A stretch of 41,304 bases of DNA, taken from contig BCKZ01000037.1 in assembly GCA_001600815.1 (NCBI GenBank), forward strand, positions 62,001 to 103,304. Direction: 5' to 3'. Of the stretch, positions 11,211 to 23,550 are shown one piece after another (positions within the stretch are counted from its first letter, which is position 1; every line of letters begins with the position of its first letter). Origin of the DNA: Alloascoidea hylecoeti. Taxonomy: Eukaryota. Below the pieces are notes generated by a model. That model did not search any database. It was given only the letters and a program-made list of their open reading frames with translations, and was not told where the DNA came from. A program made the translations under genes and the position numbers.

Positions 11211-13229
11211 GAAATTTATTCTTATCAATGCGAAGAGCACAGCTATGATATGAAGAAACCTATTAAGAGAAACTTGCAGTGCGGACTCTGGGGAGAAATG
11301 AAGCATTAACGTGTTTGATTTTATTAATATTACGACGGATATGAGTAATATACGAGTCCCATAGACACGGCTTGGAACAGATATTATGCAGGTTCAATTG
11401 CAATACCCTATATTTACTGTATTTATATAATTCAAACACATGGATTTTAGTCATGATGAGAATGTAATTATAAAAGGAGAATGCCGGTATCGTCAATTAT
11501 TCAGAATTAATGTGAACGGAACAGAAACTGATGTCAGACAAGTAGGATTAAAAAAGAGAAATGAATATCATTTTAGTAAATTACTAAGCGTTTAAATTTA
11601 TATGATCAAGATATACTGGTAATTGTATTTCCCCTCTTAATGCTGGTCATATTTTGAACTAAATAATGAGCATATTTTGTTTTTAATTGACGGAAATTAA
11701 TTGGAATAACTGTATATGGTAATAAGAAAGGCTACACGATACTACACATTGAATTCATATTGTTCTTGTGGCAGGGTTTCTGTGATGCTAAAGAGTAAGA
11801 CTTTTTGATATTCCACTTTGTTGGACTATTCTCACGTTGTTCCAGCGCTAGGGCTCATAAATTATAACCTATTAAAGACCATGTTGATCAGTTACGCCAA
11901 AAAGCCGTGCAACCTCTTGTCAACTCCTCAAGACTCAAGAGTTCACAACTTGTTGGGATGGAAAATCGACTGCTTCTAGATCGTTGCTTGAGCATTATAC
12001 GAATACATAATTATTATGTAGCCGTTTCACTCATAGTGTGTAGTAAATTAGTAATATCAATTGTTCTCAATTTGATAATGATTTGAGATTAATTATTATT
12101 ATAAATAGACATATTTAGATTGAATAACTCTGTAAAAAAGAGCATTATCTAATTACTACTATATACTAACGCTTAAGTATACGTAAATATCCTTTATACA
12201 ATTAATTATAAACTTTGAGCTCATATATCTACTAGTAGCTTGTATATCTAAAATCTCTAGCTATATAATATTAATGGTCCATATTTCCGTGTAGTAAGAT
12301 CCATATTTGTAAGTTTATATGTTTAGTATTTGATCCTTAATATACAATTAATTTTATGCGATTAATGCATAGCTTGCTTTTTGTAATTGATTGTCAGTAT
12401 ATTGTTTGGGATCTATCGATATTCATTGCAATTGCCAGTAAAAATAAACGCGTACGTTTTGTTCCTGGAACTGGATCTGGATATATGTATTACGATGTGA
12501 TATAAACTTCCTACCAGTCATACATGTTTTGATCATGATGACTAAAAACTCGGAGATACAATTTTAGCTTGGCCGATTCTCTCGTTGTAGAGAACGTGTT
12601 TAATTTTGTATCCATTATGTTAGTTGTAGATCTAAAAATACTTCCTATTGGGAAGAATTAATATTAGCCGCAGAAATCTCAAATGTCTGGGAAATTTTCA
12701 TGAATTATCCGAAAGATAGATCAGCGGAAGTGATCCATGCGCACATGCATTGGTTATTAGAAAAATGCAAAGCTTATCATACTTTAAGAGTGAAAAAGAG
12801 TGCTTAAATTATAATTCCATTATCACTTTAAAGTTAATGTTAATTAATGGGGAATTGTGGGGAAAGGACCCTAAATGAAAGCTCATTCCTTTAAATCTTC
12901 AAACAAGTGCGGATAGTTTTTCTATAGGTCTGACTTATTATGGTATAAATAGACTTACATTAAATATATAGAAGATCTTCTAGGAATAAAAAATTATATT
13001 ATATAGACAAAGTGTGATAAAGTAAGAGTTTTTCCCTTATATGGCTAGATTCCCGCAATTGTATCTTATGCATGACCGTGCAGCCGGTACCGCACTGATA
13101 ATAATTTAACTTCATTTAGTTGAAAATTAATTAATCTCTTTTCTGACTCACAAACTATTCTTATTGTTTATTTAAGTCTTAATATTTCCTTCATCTAATA
13201 AAGTAACTATTCAAACTAGAAAGATCAAA

Positions 13230-14756
13230 ATGGCTTCCTATAAAGAAGAAAGCATATCGGAGGAAGAGAAGCCAAAGCTTGAAAATATTGATTATAATAA
13301 TGATAGTGATAAGCAATCATTAACAGATGATGAACAAGTAGCCCAACTTGCTGAAAAATATAATGTCAACCATCGAAAATTAATGTGGAAAATCGATTTA
13401 TGTGTTATACCTCCTGTTTGTTTATTATATTTATTATCATTTTTAGACAGAACAAATGTTTCAAATGCAAAGATTTATGGATTAGAAAAAGATTTAAATT
13501 TAAAAGGTGATCAATTTAATACAGCATTAACTGTTTTTTTTGTACCATATGTTGTTTTTGAAATTATTTCAAATTATTTATTAAAAAAATTTAAACCTCA
13601 TGTTTGGTTAAGTTTTTGCATATTTTGTTTTGGAATTATTACAATTGGTGTTGGATTTGTTAAAAATTTTGGTGGATTTGTAGCTTGTCGAATATTACTT
13701 GGAGTTTTTGAAAGTGGTACATTTCCTGGAATATTTTATTTATTAGGTACTTATTACAGAAGAACAGAAGCACAAAGAAGATATTCTTTCTTTTTTTCTT
13801 CAACCTGTTTAGCAGGAGGATTCGGTGGATTAATTGCATATGGAGTTAATCATCTAGATGGTAAATTAGGTCGTGCGGGTTGGAGATATATCTTCATTAT
13901 TGAAGGAGCAATTACAGCATTCTGTGGAATATTACTCTTCTTTTTAATTGCTGACTTTCCAGAAGAAGCCAAGTTTTTAAAAGATAATGAACGACAATTT
14001 TTAAAAGAAAAATTAGCTCTTGAAGCTGGTGATTCAGAATTTGATACAAAATTTACATTTAAAGAAATTGCTTCATGTTTTAAGGATCCTTTAATTTGGT
14101 TTCCTGCTTTAGCTTATTTTGGATTAATTATACCAGCTTATTCATATGCTTATTTTGCACCAACTATTATAAAAGCATTTGGTCATTCAACTGTTCAAAC
14201 TCAATTATTATCTGTTTATCCTTGGATTGTTGCATTTGGATTTTCATTAATAGTCGCTGTTATTGTCGATTACACTAACTTAAGATGGCCATTTGTTTTG
14301 TTTACTTCAGTTCTTGCAATCATTGGTTTTGCAATGGTTTATGGTGTAAAGGATAATACTAATGTAAGATATGGTGGTTGTTTTATGGTTGTAATGGGTC
14401 TGTATACTGCAATGCCTGTTTTAGTATGTTGGTGTAGCATGAATTTTTCAGGTCATTTAAGAAAATCAGTTGGTACAGCATGGCAAGTAGGATTTGGAAA
14501 TATTGGTGGAATTATTTCATCATTTGCCTTTTTAGCAAAAGATTCTCCAAAATATAAAAGTGGATTTTCCATATGTTTCTCATTTGTGGCATTTGCAATG
14601 GTTTTAAGTTCAATTTATTTTGCAACTATAAGAAATGAAAATGTTAAAAAATTTGGAAGTGGTAGAATTACTTATGCTACTGAATTTGAAGAAAAGGATG
14701 AAAGAGCAAAACAATTAATTGGTGACAGACATCCAAATTTCAAATATGGATATTAA
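13230..14756 (+). CDS. MFS transporter, anion:cation symporter (Tna1/Dal5-like) family, 508 aa
   Basis: Motifs KIDLCVIP...LSFLDRTNVSNAKIYGL, RILLGVFESG.FPG, WRYIFIIEG, GNIGG and terminal D.HP.F.Y; about 12 hydrophobic segments; intronless. Confidence 0.92.
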   Translation: MASYKEESISEEEKPKLENIDYNNDSDKQSLTDDEQVAQLAEKYNVNHRKLMWKIDLCVIPPVCLLYLLSFLDRTNVSNAKIYGLEKDLNLKGDQFNTALTVFFVPYVVFEIISNYLLKKFKPHVWLSFCIFCFGIITIGVGFVKNFGGFVACRILLGVFESGTFPGIFYLLGTYYRRTEAQRRYSFFFSSTCLAGGFGGLIAYGVNHLDGKLGRAGWRYIFIIEGAITAFCGILLFFLIADFPEEAKFLKDNERQFLKEKLALEAGDSEFDTKFTFKEIASCFKDPLIWFPALAYFGLIIPAYSYAYFAPTIIKAFGHSTVQTQLLSVYPWIVAFGFSLIVAVIVDYTNLRWPFVLFTSVLAIIGFAMVYGVKDNTNVRYGGCFMVVMGLYTAMPVLVCWCSMNFSGHLRKSVGTAWQVGFGNIGGIISSFAFLAKDSPKYKSGFSICFSFVAFAMVLSSIYFATIRNENVKKFGSGRITYATEFEEKDERAKQLIGDRHPNFKYGY

Positions 14757-16334
14757 TTAATTAACTTATAAAAGTTGATTTTTGTTTGTCTTATGTTTTA
14801 TGTTTAATATATGTTATAATTTTTTTTGCTTTCCTGGCCCCTTATCTAATGTTCATATTAATGCTTTGAAACATACCTATATTTGTATATATTTGCAATT
14901 GTGTAATATATAATGTTAACAATAGATTTTTAGTATTGTATACATTAATTTTAAATTGAAATCGTGATATATAGTACGAAAATACAAATTAAACCTAAAT
15001 GATGACGAAATTAAATCAAAAAAATATCCGAATCTTTATCACACTAGGCTGACCTTTCGTGTGTCAAAAATACACTCGCACACTCCGTGAATACTCCCCT
15101 CCAACAGAGACCGAATTCGGAGTAAATAACTAGAACTGCATGTAGTTATATTGTATTTCACATTTTATAGGCCTATAGGGCTATGAAAATAAATTACATA
15201 GCCAATAAATTATTTTCTTTAGAACATAAACTGGTTAATAGTTATCATTGCAATGATAAAATGTGTATTGAAAACTATATATTTATGATATTTCAATGAT
15301 GACTATTAGCAAGTGTATGGTTTAAAGAAAAGAATGTAATAGCTATACAATTTATTTATATAGTTCTGTAAGAATGTGAAACACATGTATAGCTAATTAT
15401 GAAAAAGTATAGATCTTCAACAATAACAGCTATAAGGTTATGTTGGCTATGATTTAGTAAGTCTGATATTACAAGTATAAACTTACTAATGCTCTAAGCT
15501 TATAGCTATAAGATATTATGTAGAATAGCATTCCAGTTCAGATATCTATATGATATACCACAAAGCCAATAAAATGCAATAATATACAATCACAATAAAT
15601 ATTAAAATTTATTCTTCTAATTAACATGATCCGTTTTTAGAAATCTTTTTTTTCTTACAAACCCATTATTGTTATTTTGTGTATGTCTATGTTTGCGTTG
15701 TGTTTGATGTCTCCTTAATAACAGTAGATCTCTTGGAATCTGTAAGCATATTTAAAATTGAACATATAATTGATAGAGTTGAGAGGATTAAACCAGTACA
15801 CCACCCTCGAGCTCGGTTTTATGTGTATTGTCAGCACTATATCTTTGTTTGTGCCTTTTCTTATCCTGTTAATTTGGCCATTTTTTGTAGTAAGTATTCG
15901 ACCAAAATTTGTATAATGAAATTTGGACGTTGACACAAACTTCCTTCCATGTCCTCAAGCTTACACTATTAATAACTACTCATATGGTCATATATTCTAC
16001 GCATTGCAGCTAGCGTTGAAAGAGTCATATATAGATAGAAAGAGAGAGTTAAACATCGCGATCAGCCGTCCTATAATCTATTAAAGTATAACATGAACTG
16101 GCTTTTGTTCCCGTTTTATATGATTTCATTGGAACTACAATTAAAACTTATAATTTGGTTATAACCTTAAAATTAGATTCATTGAATAAGATAATTTTCA
16201 ATATATACTAGCATATATATTTTATAAATCTCTTGAAAAATTAAAAAAAAAAATTAGATTCCTAAATAAGATGGGATATTAATTAACATAAACACAAGAA
16301 ATAATATAATTATGAAGATATATGACTTTGAACT

Positions 16335-17547
16335 TTATTGTTTATTGTAGTTAACAATCCGAACAATATGCCTATCAGCTGGTCTTCCACCATGAAGAGG
16401 GAGAGGAGCAGGTCTTTTTGATCTAGCTAATCTGGCCATTTGAGTACTATCTCGTCGATGAAAGTCATTAATTTCTAAATTCATCATATCTCTCCATGTT
16501 TCAACAGGCAATTCAGATTCATTAAAACTCCAATCGAACTTCACCTTAGAAACTGGTTCATCAGATGGATCATGATATTGAGCAACATAAGGGTGTTCCA
16601 AGGCTTGTGCAGCAGTTATACGCTTATGAGGATCAAAAATTAGAGTCTTTTCTAAAATGTCAACTGCTAATGGAGCAGCTCTTGGAAATCTTCTCGTTAA
16701 CGGGATTCTGTCTCTATGTGGCATTGTTGTAATAAATCTTAAAGTACTCTCACTGCTAACTCTGCTGATAACATGAGCAGGTGGAGTACCAATTAGGTCA
16801 GTGATTAACGAAAATTGATTTAAATGATCATCACCAGGGAATAAAGGTCTTCCATCTAACATTTCAGCAAGAATACATCCAACACTCCACATATCGACTT
16901 CAAAACTATATTTTTGCCATGATAACATAATTTCTGGAGCTCTGTAATATCTTGTGCATACATAACCAGTCATTTGAGGTTCTTGAACTCTTGCTAAACC
17001 AAAATCACAAATTTTTAAGTCACATTTTTCATCAACAAGAATATTACCAGGTTTTAAATCTCGATGAATAATACCAGCTGAATGAACATATTTCAAACCT
17101 CTTAAAATTTGATATAGAAACAATTGAATGTATCTTTCTTCCATTGGTTTACCACCAATTAATTTATGTAAATCAGATTTTTGAAATTCGGTAACAAAAT
17201 AAATATCTTGTAATGGAGATATAAAAACATCTTCCATAACTATTAAGTTTTCATGGCGTAAATGTTTCATCAATTTTAATTCACGATATGTAGTTTTTGC
17301 AAGAAACGTTGAACTAAACGGTTGTTTAATTTTTTTAATTGCAACGGTGTTCTGTGTTTTACTATCCTTAGCAGAACAAACGAGGCCAAACCCGCCCATA
17401 CCAATTGGGCTCAAGTCTGAATATCTCCTGGTAACCTCAAAAGCAGTTCCAAATATTTGCGTACTAAAACAAATCAAATTATTAGTTCAACTAATTAAGT
17501 GAAACTATTCAAATTATACTTAATACATACCGTGTAAATTCTGACAT
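16335..17547 (-). CDS. HOG1: p38/Hog1-family MAP kinase, divergent paralogue-like; exons 17547-17531 and 17463-16335
   Basis: A 67-nt intron (GTATGT...AACTAAT...TAG) gives [17 protein letters not shown]. Kinase motifs HRDLKP and DFGLAR, TGY activation motif and CD domain YHDPSDEP are present. Confidence 0.88.
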
Positions 17548-17862
17548 TCTTACACTAGTAGTTAATAAGTATTTTCCTTTTAAATTGAATTAAACGTAAA
17601 ATAACAAGTTATTGGTATATGAGTATTGATAATGAATGATAAAAGTTTGAGAATAGTACTCATCGAGGGCTTTAAATAGAGAATCACATTATAGCAAAAT
17701 ATCCTGGTTTATTGTCCAGATCGATTTAGAAGTGTTATCTTTTTCATTTCGAGAGTTACTGTGATTAGACCTGGAACCTAATTCACATAACCTGGTGATA
17801 AGTGATAATTTGTAGCTATAATATTAATGTGTGTTTGTCTAGTTATAATTAACCGCTGTTTT

Positions 17863-17914
17863 TTATTATTATTATATTATTATTATTATATTATTATTAT
17901 TATATTATTATTAT
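17863..17914. repeat. Imperfect (TTA)n microsatellite
   Basis: Directly visible ttattattattatattattattattata... run. Confidence 0.85.
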
Positions 17915-19442
17915 GTTTAGATCTATACCTATCAATAGCATGTGCTATATATTCGGCTGGTGCTATCGAGTGATAATCTAAATCTAGATTCTGAAGGAAA
18001 TCTGTATACCGCTAAATAACAGCTATGAGGTTTGTGTCTTTTCAATTATCTTTAGCTGACGTTGACTTTAACGTTAGCAATACATATAATTATAATATTA
18101 GCCGATGGCCAGCAAATACATGCATACGCTTTCCCGACTGGTTAAAAAGTTATTTGTGAAATTCATAATATTTAAGACACCGAGGAATATATGGCCTATC
18201 TGTACTAACTTCGTATACGTAGTTGTTTAACTTGTTTAATCTATCAAATTGATTTTATAATTGCACATTAAATATGGAGCCCCGAAAGAGAAAATGACAA
18301 GTAAAAAATAAAGAAATCAATTATAAGGCGCACTGAAAGCAATTAATATTGAATAATTTTAAAGTATCAGAGGATTCACAACTATTATTATACACTTAAG
18401 CTGATGAATTTGTTGTTTATAACAGCGTTAGCAATTGCAATGAGATCTAGATATAAAAATCGATAGATCTAGACCTTTAACTAGGCCTGTGCAGTTTTAT
18501 ATATCGATATTAATACTACGATATAGTCTATATTATATTCTTCAATTCCCAGTAGTATCATGAATTTCATGACTTTTTCATTACAAATAAAAATATCAAG
18601 CCTTATAAATAATTGTTGCAAGCGTTTATACATTTTAAGTGTGTACATGTATATGGCTTTCAATTAGGTCATAAAATAGCATGAAAATTAAAGAGTAATC
18701 AATATTTCGGGTTCCTGATTATTATTGTATTCAAGCTTGCCACACCAACTACGTAACCAGATATGTAAACATATATATGAGCGTGGAAATTCTCAGTATT
18801 TTGATGCGATTGATGTGACCGTTGGAGCTGCAACTTAATTTGATTTTAATAAATTATTCTACAACATTAATATTCTTGTATGTAAATTGTCAATCTAGGC
18901 CACTGCAAATGTACAAGCTAGCGCGCTGCCTATAAGGCTTTATAAGCAACAAGAGTCATTAATTACCGAATTAACAAATTACATCAACATCTCTAATTAG
19001 CAATATTACACTGTAAAAGACAACGATGGAAGCTTCTAAGAGTTCGAAGAACTATACGTTAGTTAATTATACTATAGAAGGCACAACACAATTAGCTAGT
19101 TGGAACTAACCCTGAACCGTTTTACGGTAAAGCAAGGTAAATTTAATACCAAGGTTCAACTTTTAATGGAAATTATAGAAGCACAGCTTTTTGCTTTAAA
19201 CAGCATCGAAAGATTTTTAAATGTGAACTACCCGAGAAGTAAATCGGCCTAGATTGATAATTAGGTACCTCCGATTACTTGGGAAAACGATGGAGAAGAG
19301 GTAGACGAGGATGATACTGTAAACAAAATGAATAACTGATATATATATATAGTATCTTACAAACAGCTAACAATGTTCTCCAAGCTATATCCTTCCATGC
19401 AGCGCTCCAGAGGGGCTATGGTCTAGTATATATATTTTGCGT

Positions 19443-19872
19443 TAATATCGACTACTTTTTTGTTGACCTATATTAGCCGGCATTTGAGAATATATTCGCT
19501 CATATTTTAGATCAATAATTCGGCTACATGATGTAATAAAATTAAGCCAGATGACGCAATAAATATTAGTCTAGACTCCATACGGTGCACAAACTATTCG
19601 GCACACTTAAATTTGGATTAAATGTTAGGCCACGTCACGTAAAGGTTCCACCACTTCTTGAATTAAATATTGGACCTCTTCATCATATTATTTAGCTACG
19701 TCATTCATGAATATTAAGCCGCTTGGCATTTAATAATCCACTATTATCCAGCCATCCATTAAAATACATATTCGGTCACAGCATGCATAACATTCGCCGA
19801 TTTATTAGATAATATATTAGGCCATGACTTGGGCTAATATTCAATCAGATTACACACTACATATTCGATGTC
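19443..19872 (+). repeat. Phased array 1: ~18 degenerate WATATT-(C/A)(G/A)G-CCA units at mostly 21-24 bp spacing with non-repeating spacers
   Basis: Core triplets start at 19475, 19497, 19521, 19544, 19568, 19599, 19627, 19648, 19672, 19693, 19716, 19749, 19773, 19795, 19819, 19842, 19866. Confidence 0.7.
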
Positions 19873-21162
19873 AATTAATATTTATAAATCAGATTCATAT
19901 GAATAATTCATTAAAGACTGTTTAAAAGATATCGATGATTTTAAAATTCAACGTATATTCATTTCTTTATAAATATATATATAAAGTAGTCATAAATGTT
20001 CATAAGTCATCATATTCATGTAAGAAGAAAAGTATATTGTTCTTGGAACCAGTTTCGCCGCCGTTAACTCATCGCCGCCATCGTGGTAGATGCCAGCTCA
20101 AAACACTTGGCGAAATGCCTCGATTTTTTCACAAATTATTTCAATTAATTGTGTGTTTTCCAACCTTCCTTTTCGATTTTGAATTACCGTGCACCCAAAA
20201 TAAATAAAAAACATGAAAACTCTTATTCAGATTTATCTACATCTATTGAAAAACCATAAGTATGAACCATCAGGATGAAAACTAACCTCACTATAGATAT
20301 GAATGGTATATGCGTGTGAAACAAAATTAATAACTATTGTTTTATTGCCCAAACCAACTCAAGTTGATATTATATCTCTATCATTTTGTATGATGGTTTG
20401 GTAGATATGATGGTACTATGATGCCACTCCTTGGGAGACTCACTACCATTGACAATTTCCAAAATGAGAGATTTATCATTTTATAAGGTGCGATTACTTG
20501 AATTTTCATTTGTGTTGCTTTTCCGAATACCGGTGCCTGGTCTATGATCCAAATACACATAACTTAAGATAATTGAGAACCTTGGTATTTGAAACGGCGG
20601 ATTTATTATTAGTCATGACGCCATTCATGAATTGGGAACATTGACCACTACATAATCTACTAGATACTAGCTAAGCTTTAGTTATTTGTAATAGCATTAC
20701 CAATATCAATGATGATTTACTTATGAACACTTAGGACTTAATTCATAGCCTCTTTTGAATTAAAGGGAAATGAATCCTGTTTAAATTAAAGAATCAGTTA
20801 ACAGATTTGTTTGTAATAAATTGAGTTTTCTATCGATATCTTCAATTGAAACGGTATCATTTAATTAATGAGAAAACTAATGTTCATTTGAATTCTGATA
20901 TATATATATATATTTGTCCAGCTGGTCCCTATAAACGATACCTATTTTTTTCTGATATTTCATAAGTAAAGGTGCACAATCTCTTACAATCCGCATCATA
21001 TTCGTGAGCTACTAGATTTTCATTATTATTGCTTCGCAATTCTGTTATCACTGATACTACAAAGAGCTCATCGAATAAAGTTTCTTCCCGGTCGAACTCT
21101 AGAACTTAAACTTGAATTGAAGTTGATCTTTTATAATAAGTAACTTTTATTGGATTAATAAA

Positions 21163-21253
21163 TGTTAAAGTTCAAAGTACCTGTTCTCTCAGTTGCGCCA
21201 AAAAGCCAATCGACTCTTTAGTGAACTGTTCTAAGAGTGTAATATATCCAACA
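21163..21253 (+). mobile_element. 91-bp solo-LTR-like element (copy A) with 5-bp TSD ATAAA
   Basis: TGTTAAAG...TATCCAACA termini (TGTT/AACA), ATAAA on both flanks, and four further copies in the window. Confidence 0.85.
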
Positions 21254-22454
21254 ATAAACGATATACTAGACTAAAATAAAATAAGACAAATATCATAGTA
21301 TAACAATAAAAATATCATGCTTTAATATATATATATATGTAGGCCTCTTTTTTCCTTTTTTACTTTTTCCTTTCGGCCGATGCTATAATGTACAGATTCC
21401 CAACTTAAACATTCTTATTATCATGATGGTTCAACATTTCACAACAAACCTGTGTCGATTCTTTAATTGAAATGGATGACAAGTAGGAGAAGCATAATTT
21501 GTATAATGTGTAAGTCTTCACTTTCATTACTGAGTATTCTGTTTATAAGTAAGCTTTCGGGGAATTCAGATGAAAGAAATGATAGTTGAACTGTTTTGAA
21601 TTTGGCTTTATTTTTCTTCAATTAAATCGGGTGATTACAAGGAGATAGGAATTGTCTTGATTCATCTTTGTAGACAATAACAGTGATGTAAGGTTCTTCA
21701 ATCTTTGAAAAGGTAGATTTAATAGAAATATCTGATTTATATGAGTTGGCTATTGTAATGCTGATTGTAATCATAACAGTAGGATAAATTTTATGTCAAT
21801 CCGCTTTATAATTAATAAACGAGATATATCGATATAGATTGAACTATTCAAGTGAGAAGATAATGAATTGAAAATGAACACGAATATGCTGACTTTATAT
21901 GAGTTCGGATCTAGATAGTCTAGAATTATATTTAAGAATATCAGAAGTTTGATATTAATGAAATGCATTAAAAAGATTAGATATTTTGGCAGCCGTTGTT
22001 ATTTACTATCTATTTCAGGGATGTATCTAATAGCCGTAAATTCATTCCCCGTAATAGTAATTTAAACAATAATAATACTATTATTAGCAGGTGGTTATCG
22101 TTTAATATTAATATTTTCTAGAAGGCCTTTCCTTTGAATAATAACTGGTTACAAATATATGATATAAGCCCTTATAATTCCTTATTTATGTAACGTCATA
22201 ATTTATAGGAAATATCATGACCCACTGAAAGCATGTTCTACCTAGTTAGTTAAATCGAAGTTTCCTTCCTATAGGCCCGTAGAAAATCTCAATTCAAGGT
22301 TAAAAGCATCCAGATATCGATCATAGCAAATTACCCCCAAATCGAGATGCAAATTTAAATGAATGGTCATCCAGAACGAGTAATATTAATAGAGTAACTT
22401 AGTAACTGGAGAAACTTAAGCTGAGATATTAATAACTAATACAGTCATTTCACT

Positions 22455-22728
22455 TCATTTCGGCCATTTTTATGATCGAATATTGTCAACCTGATAGACT
22501 ATTTTTCGGTCGCATAATACGCTTTAATTTAATATTCGGCCACATGTTACACTAATAGTCGCTCATCCTGGAATATAATCGCCAATGGCAAGCAATAGAT
22601 GATCAGTCGCATGATAAATAAAAGCTCATCCAAGCTAATAAATAAACATCGGCCAGTTGATGAACTTAATATTCGGCCTCCTCTTCAACAAAATATCCAG
22701 CCACTAGTTGCTTTTAATACTCAGCCTT
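22455..22728 (+). repeat. Phased array 2: ~12 units of the same AATATTCGGCCA-like motif
   Basis: Cores at 22461, 22485, 22507, 22537, 22560, 22580, 22604, 22650, 22674, 22698, 22722 (e.g. AATATTCGGCCAC, AATATTCGGCCTC, AATATCCAGCCAC). Confidence 0.7.
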
Positions 22729-23550
22729 GACTTTGAAAATTACTATGAGATACATTCCTGAAGTCTAATAAATAGTGTCAACTTTCAAGGAAGGCTAGTA
22801 GCGTTATAATTATTTAATGAAAAAATCTAGATCATCTACAGAATTACGAAGCAATAATAATGAAAATCTAGTACTTAGCAAAGATGACGAGAATATTTAG
22901 GTTAATCCTGTAATACTAGTACTAGTTACGAATTAATAGTGATTAAAAGAGGGAGAGCTTCTAAATCACAACGTTTCAAGCGTTTTAGGGTGGGTCAGAA
23001 AAGGTATAATTCTCATCATTTTTCACTATGGCGCTTCTATTAAAGAGATATCAAACTATTATATGAACAACGAAGCATAGTATCATGCTCATATTTTATT
23101 TTCTAGATAATCGTGGGAAGCTTGAAATTGCATTTTATGATTGTTGCTGGTTTTGTAATTAGTGATTGAAGTTTAACAACGTTGGGCGTCGGCCTTTCTG
23201 AAGTCTAAAACTAATATCTATAATTATAAACATTGTAATAAGACTTATGTATAATTTCCTGATATTTTAGGCGTGCAATCAAAGATGAAGGATATTTTAG
23301 GCTGGTCAATAAGGTGAATACATTAATTCAGAGCCTTTTTTGGAGTGGTTCGTGAAAAATCCTTTCGATTATCTTCCTGTTTAATCGATTTATGTTACTT
23401 AACAATCACATCATTAATTTCTTTTTTTCATCTGTGTGTGACCATAGCCTTCAATACAATTAATCAGTTGCTAATTAGTATGATATCCTTCTGATAAACA
23501 ATAATAGACATCACTAATAATTTAAGTTTCATAACTACCGTCTTTGTCCT

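Noticed and set aside
11888..11906. CAGTTACGCCAAAAAGCC match to the 91-bp element core
   Set aside because: Only ~18 bp and lacking the termini; too little to call a copy.
19443..22728. CRISPR array interpretation of the motif/spacer arrays
   Set aside because: Eukaryotic context, repeats only ~12 bp and degenerate, spacers ~10 bp, no cas genes.
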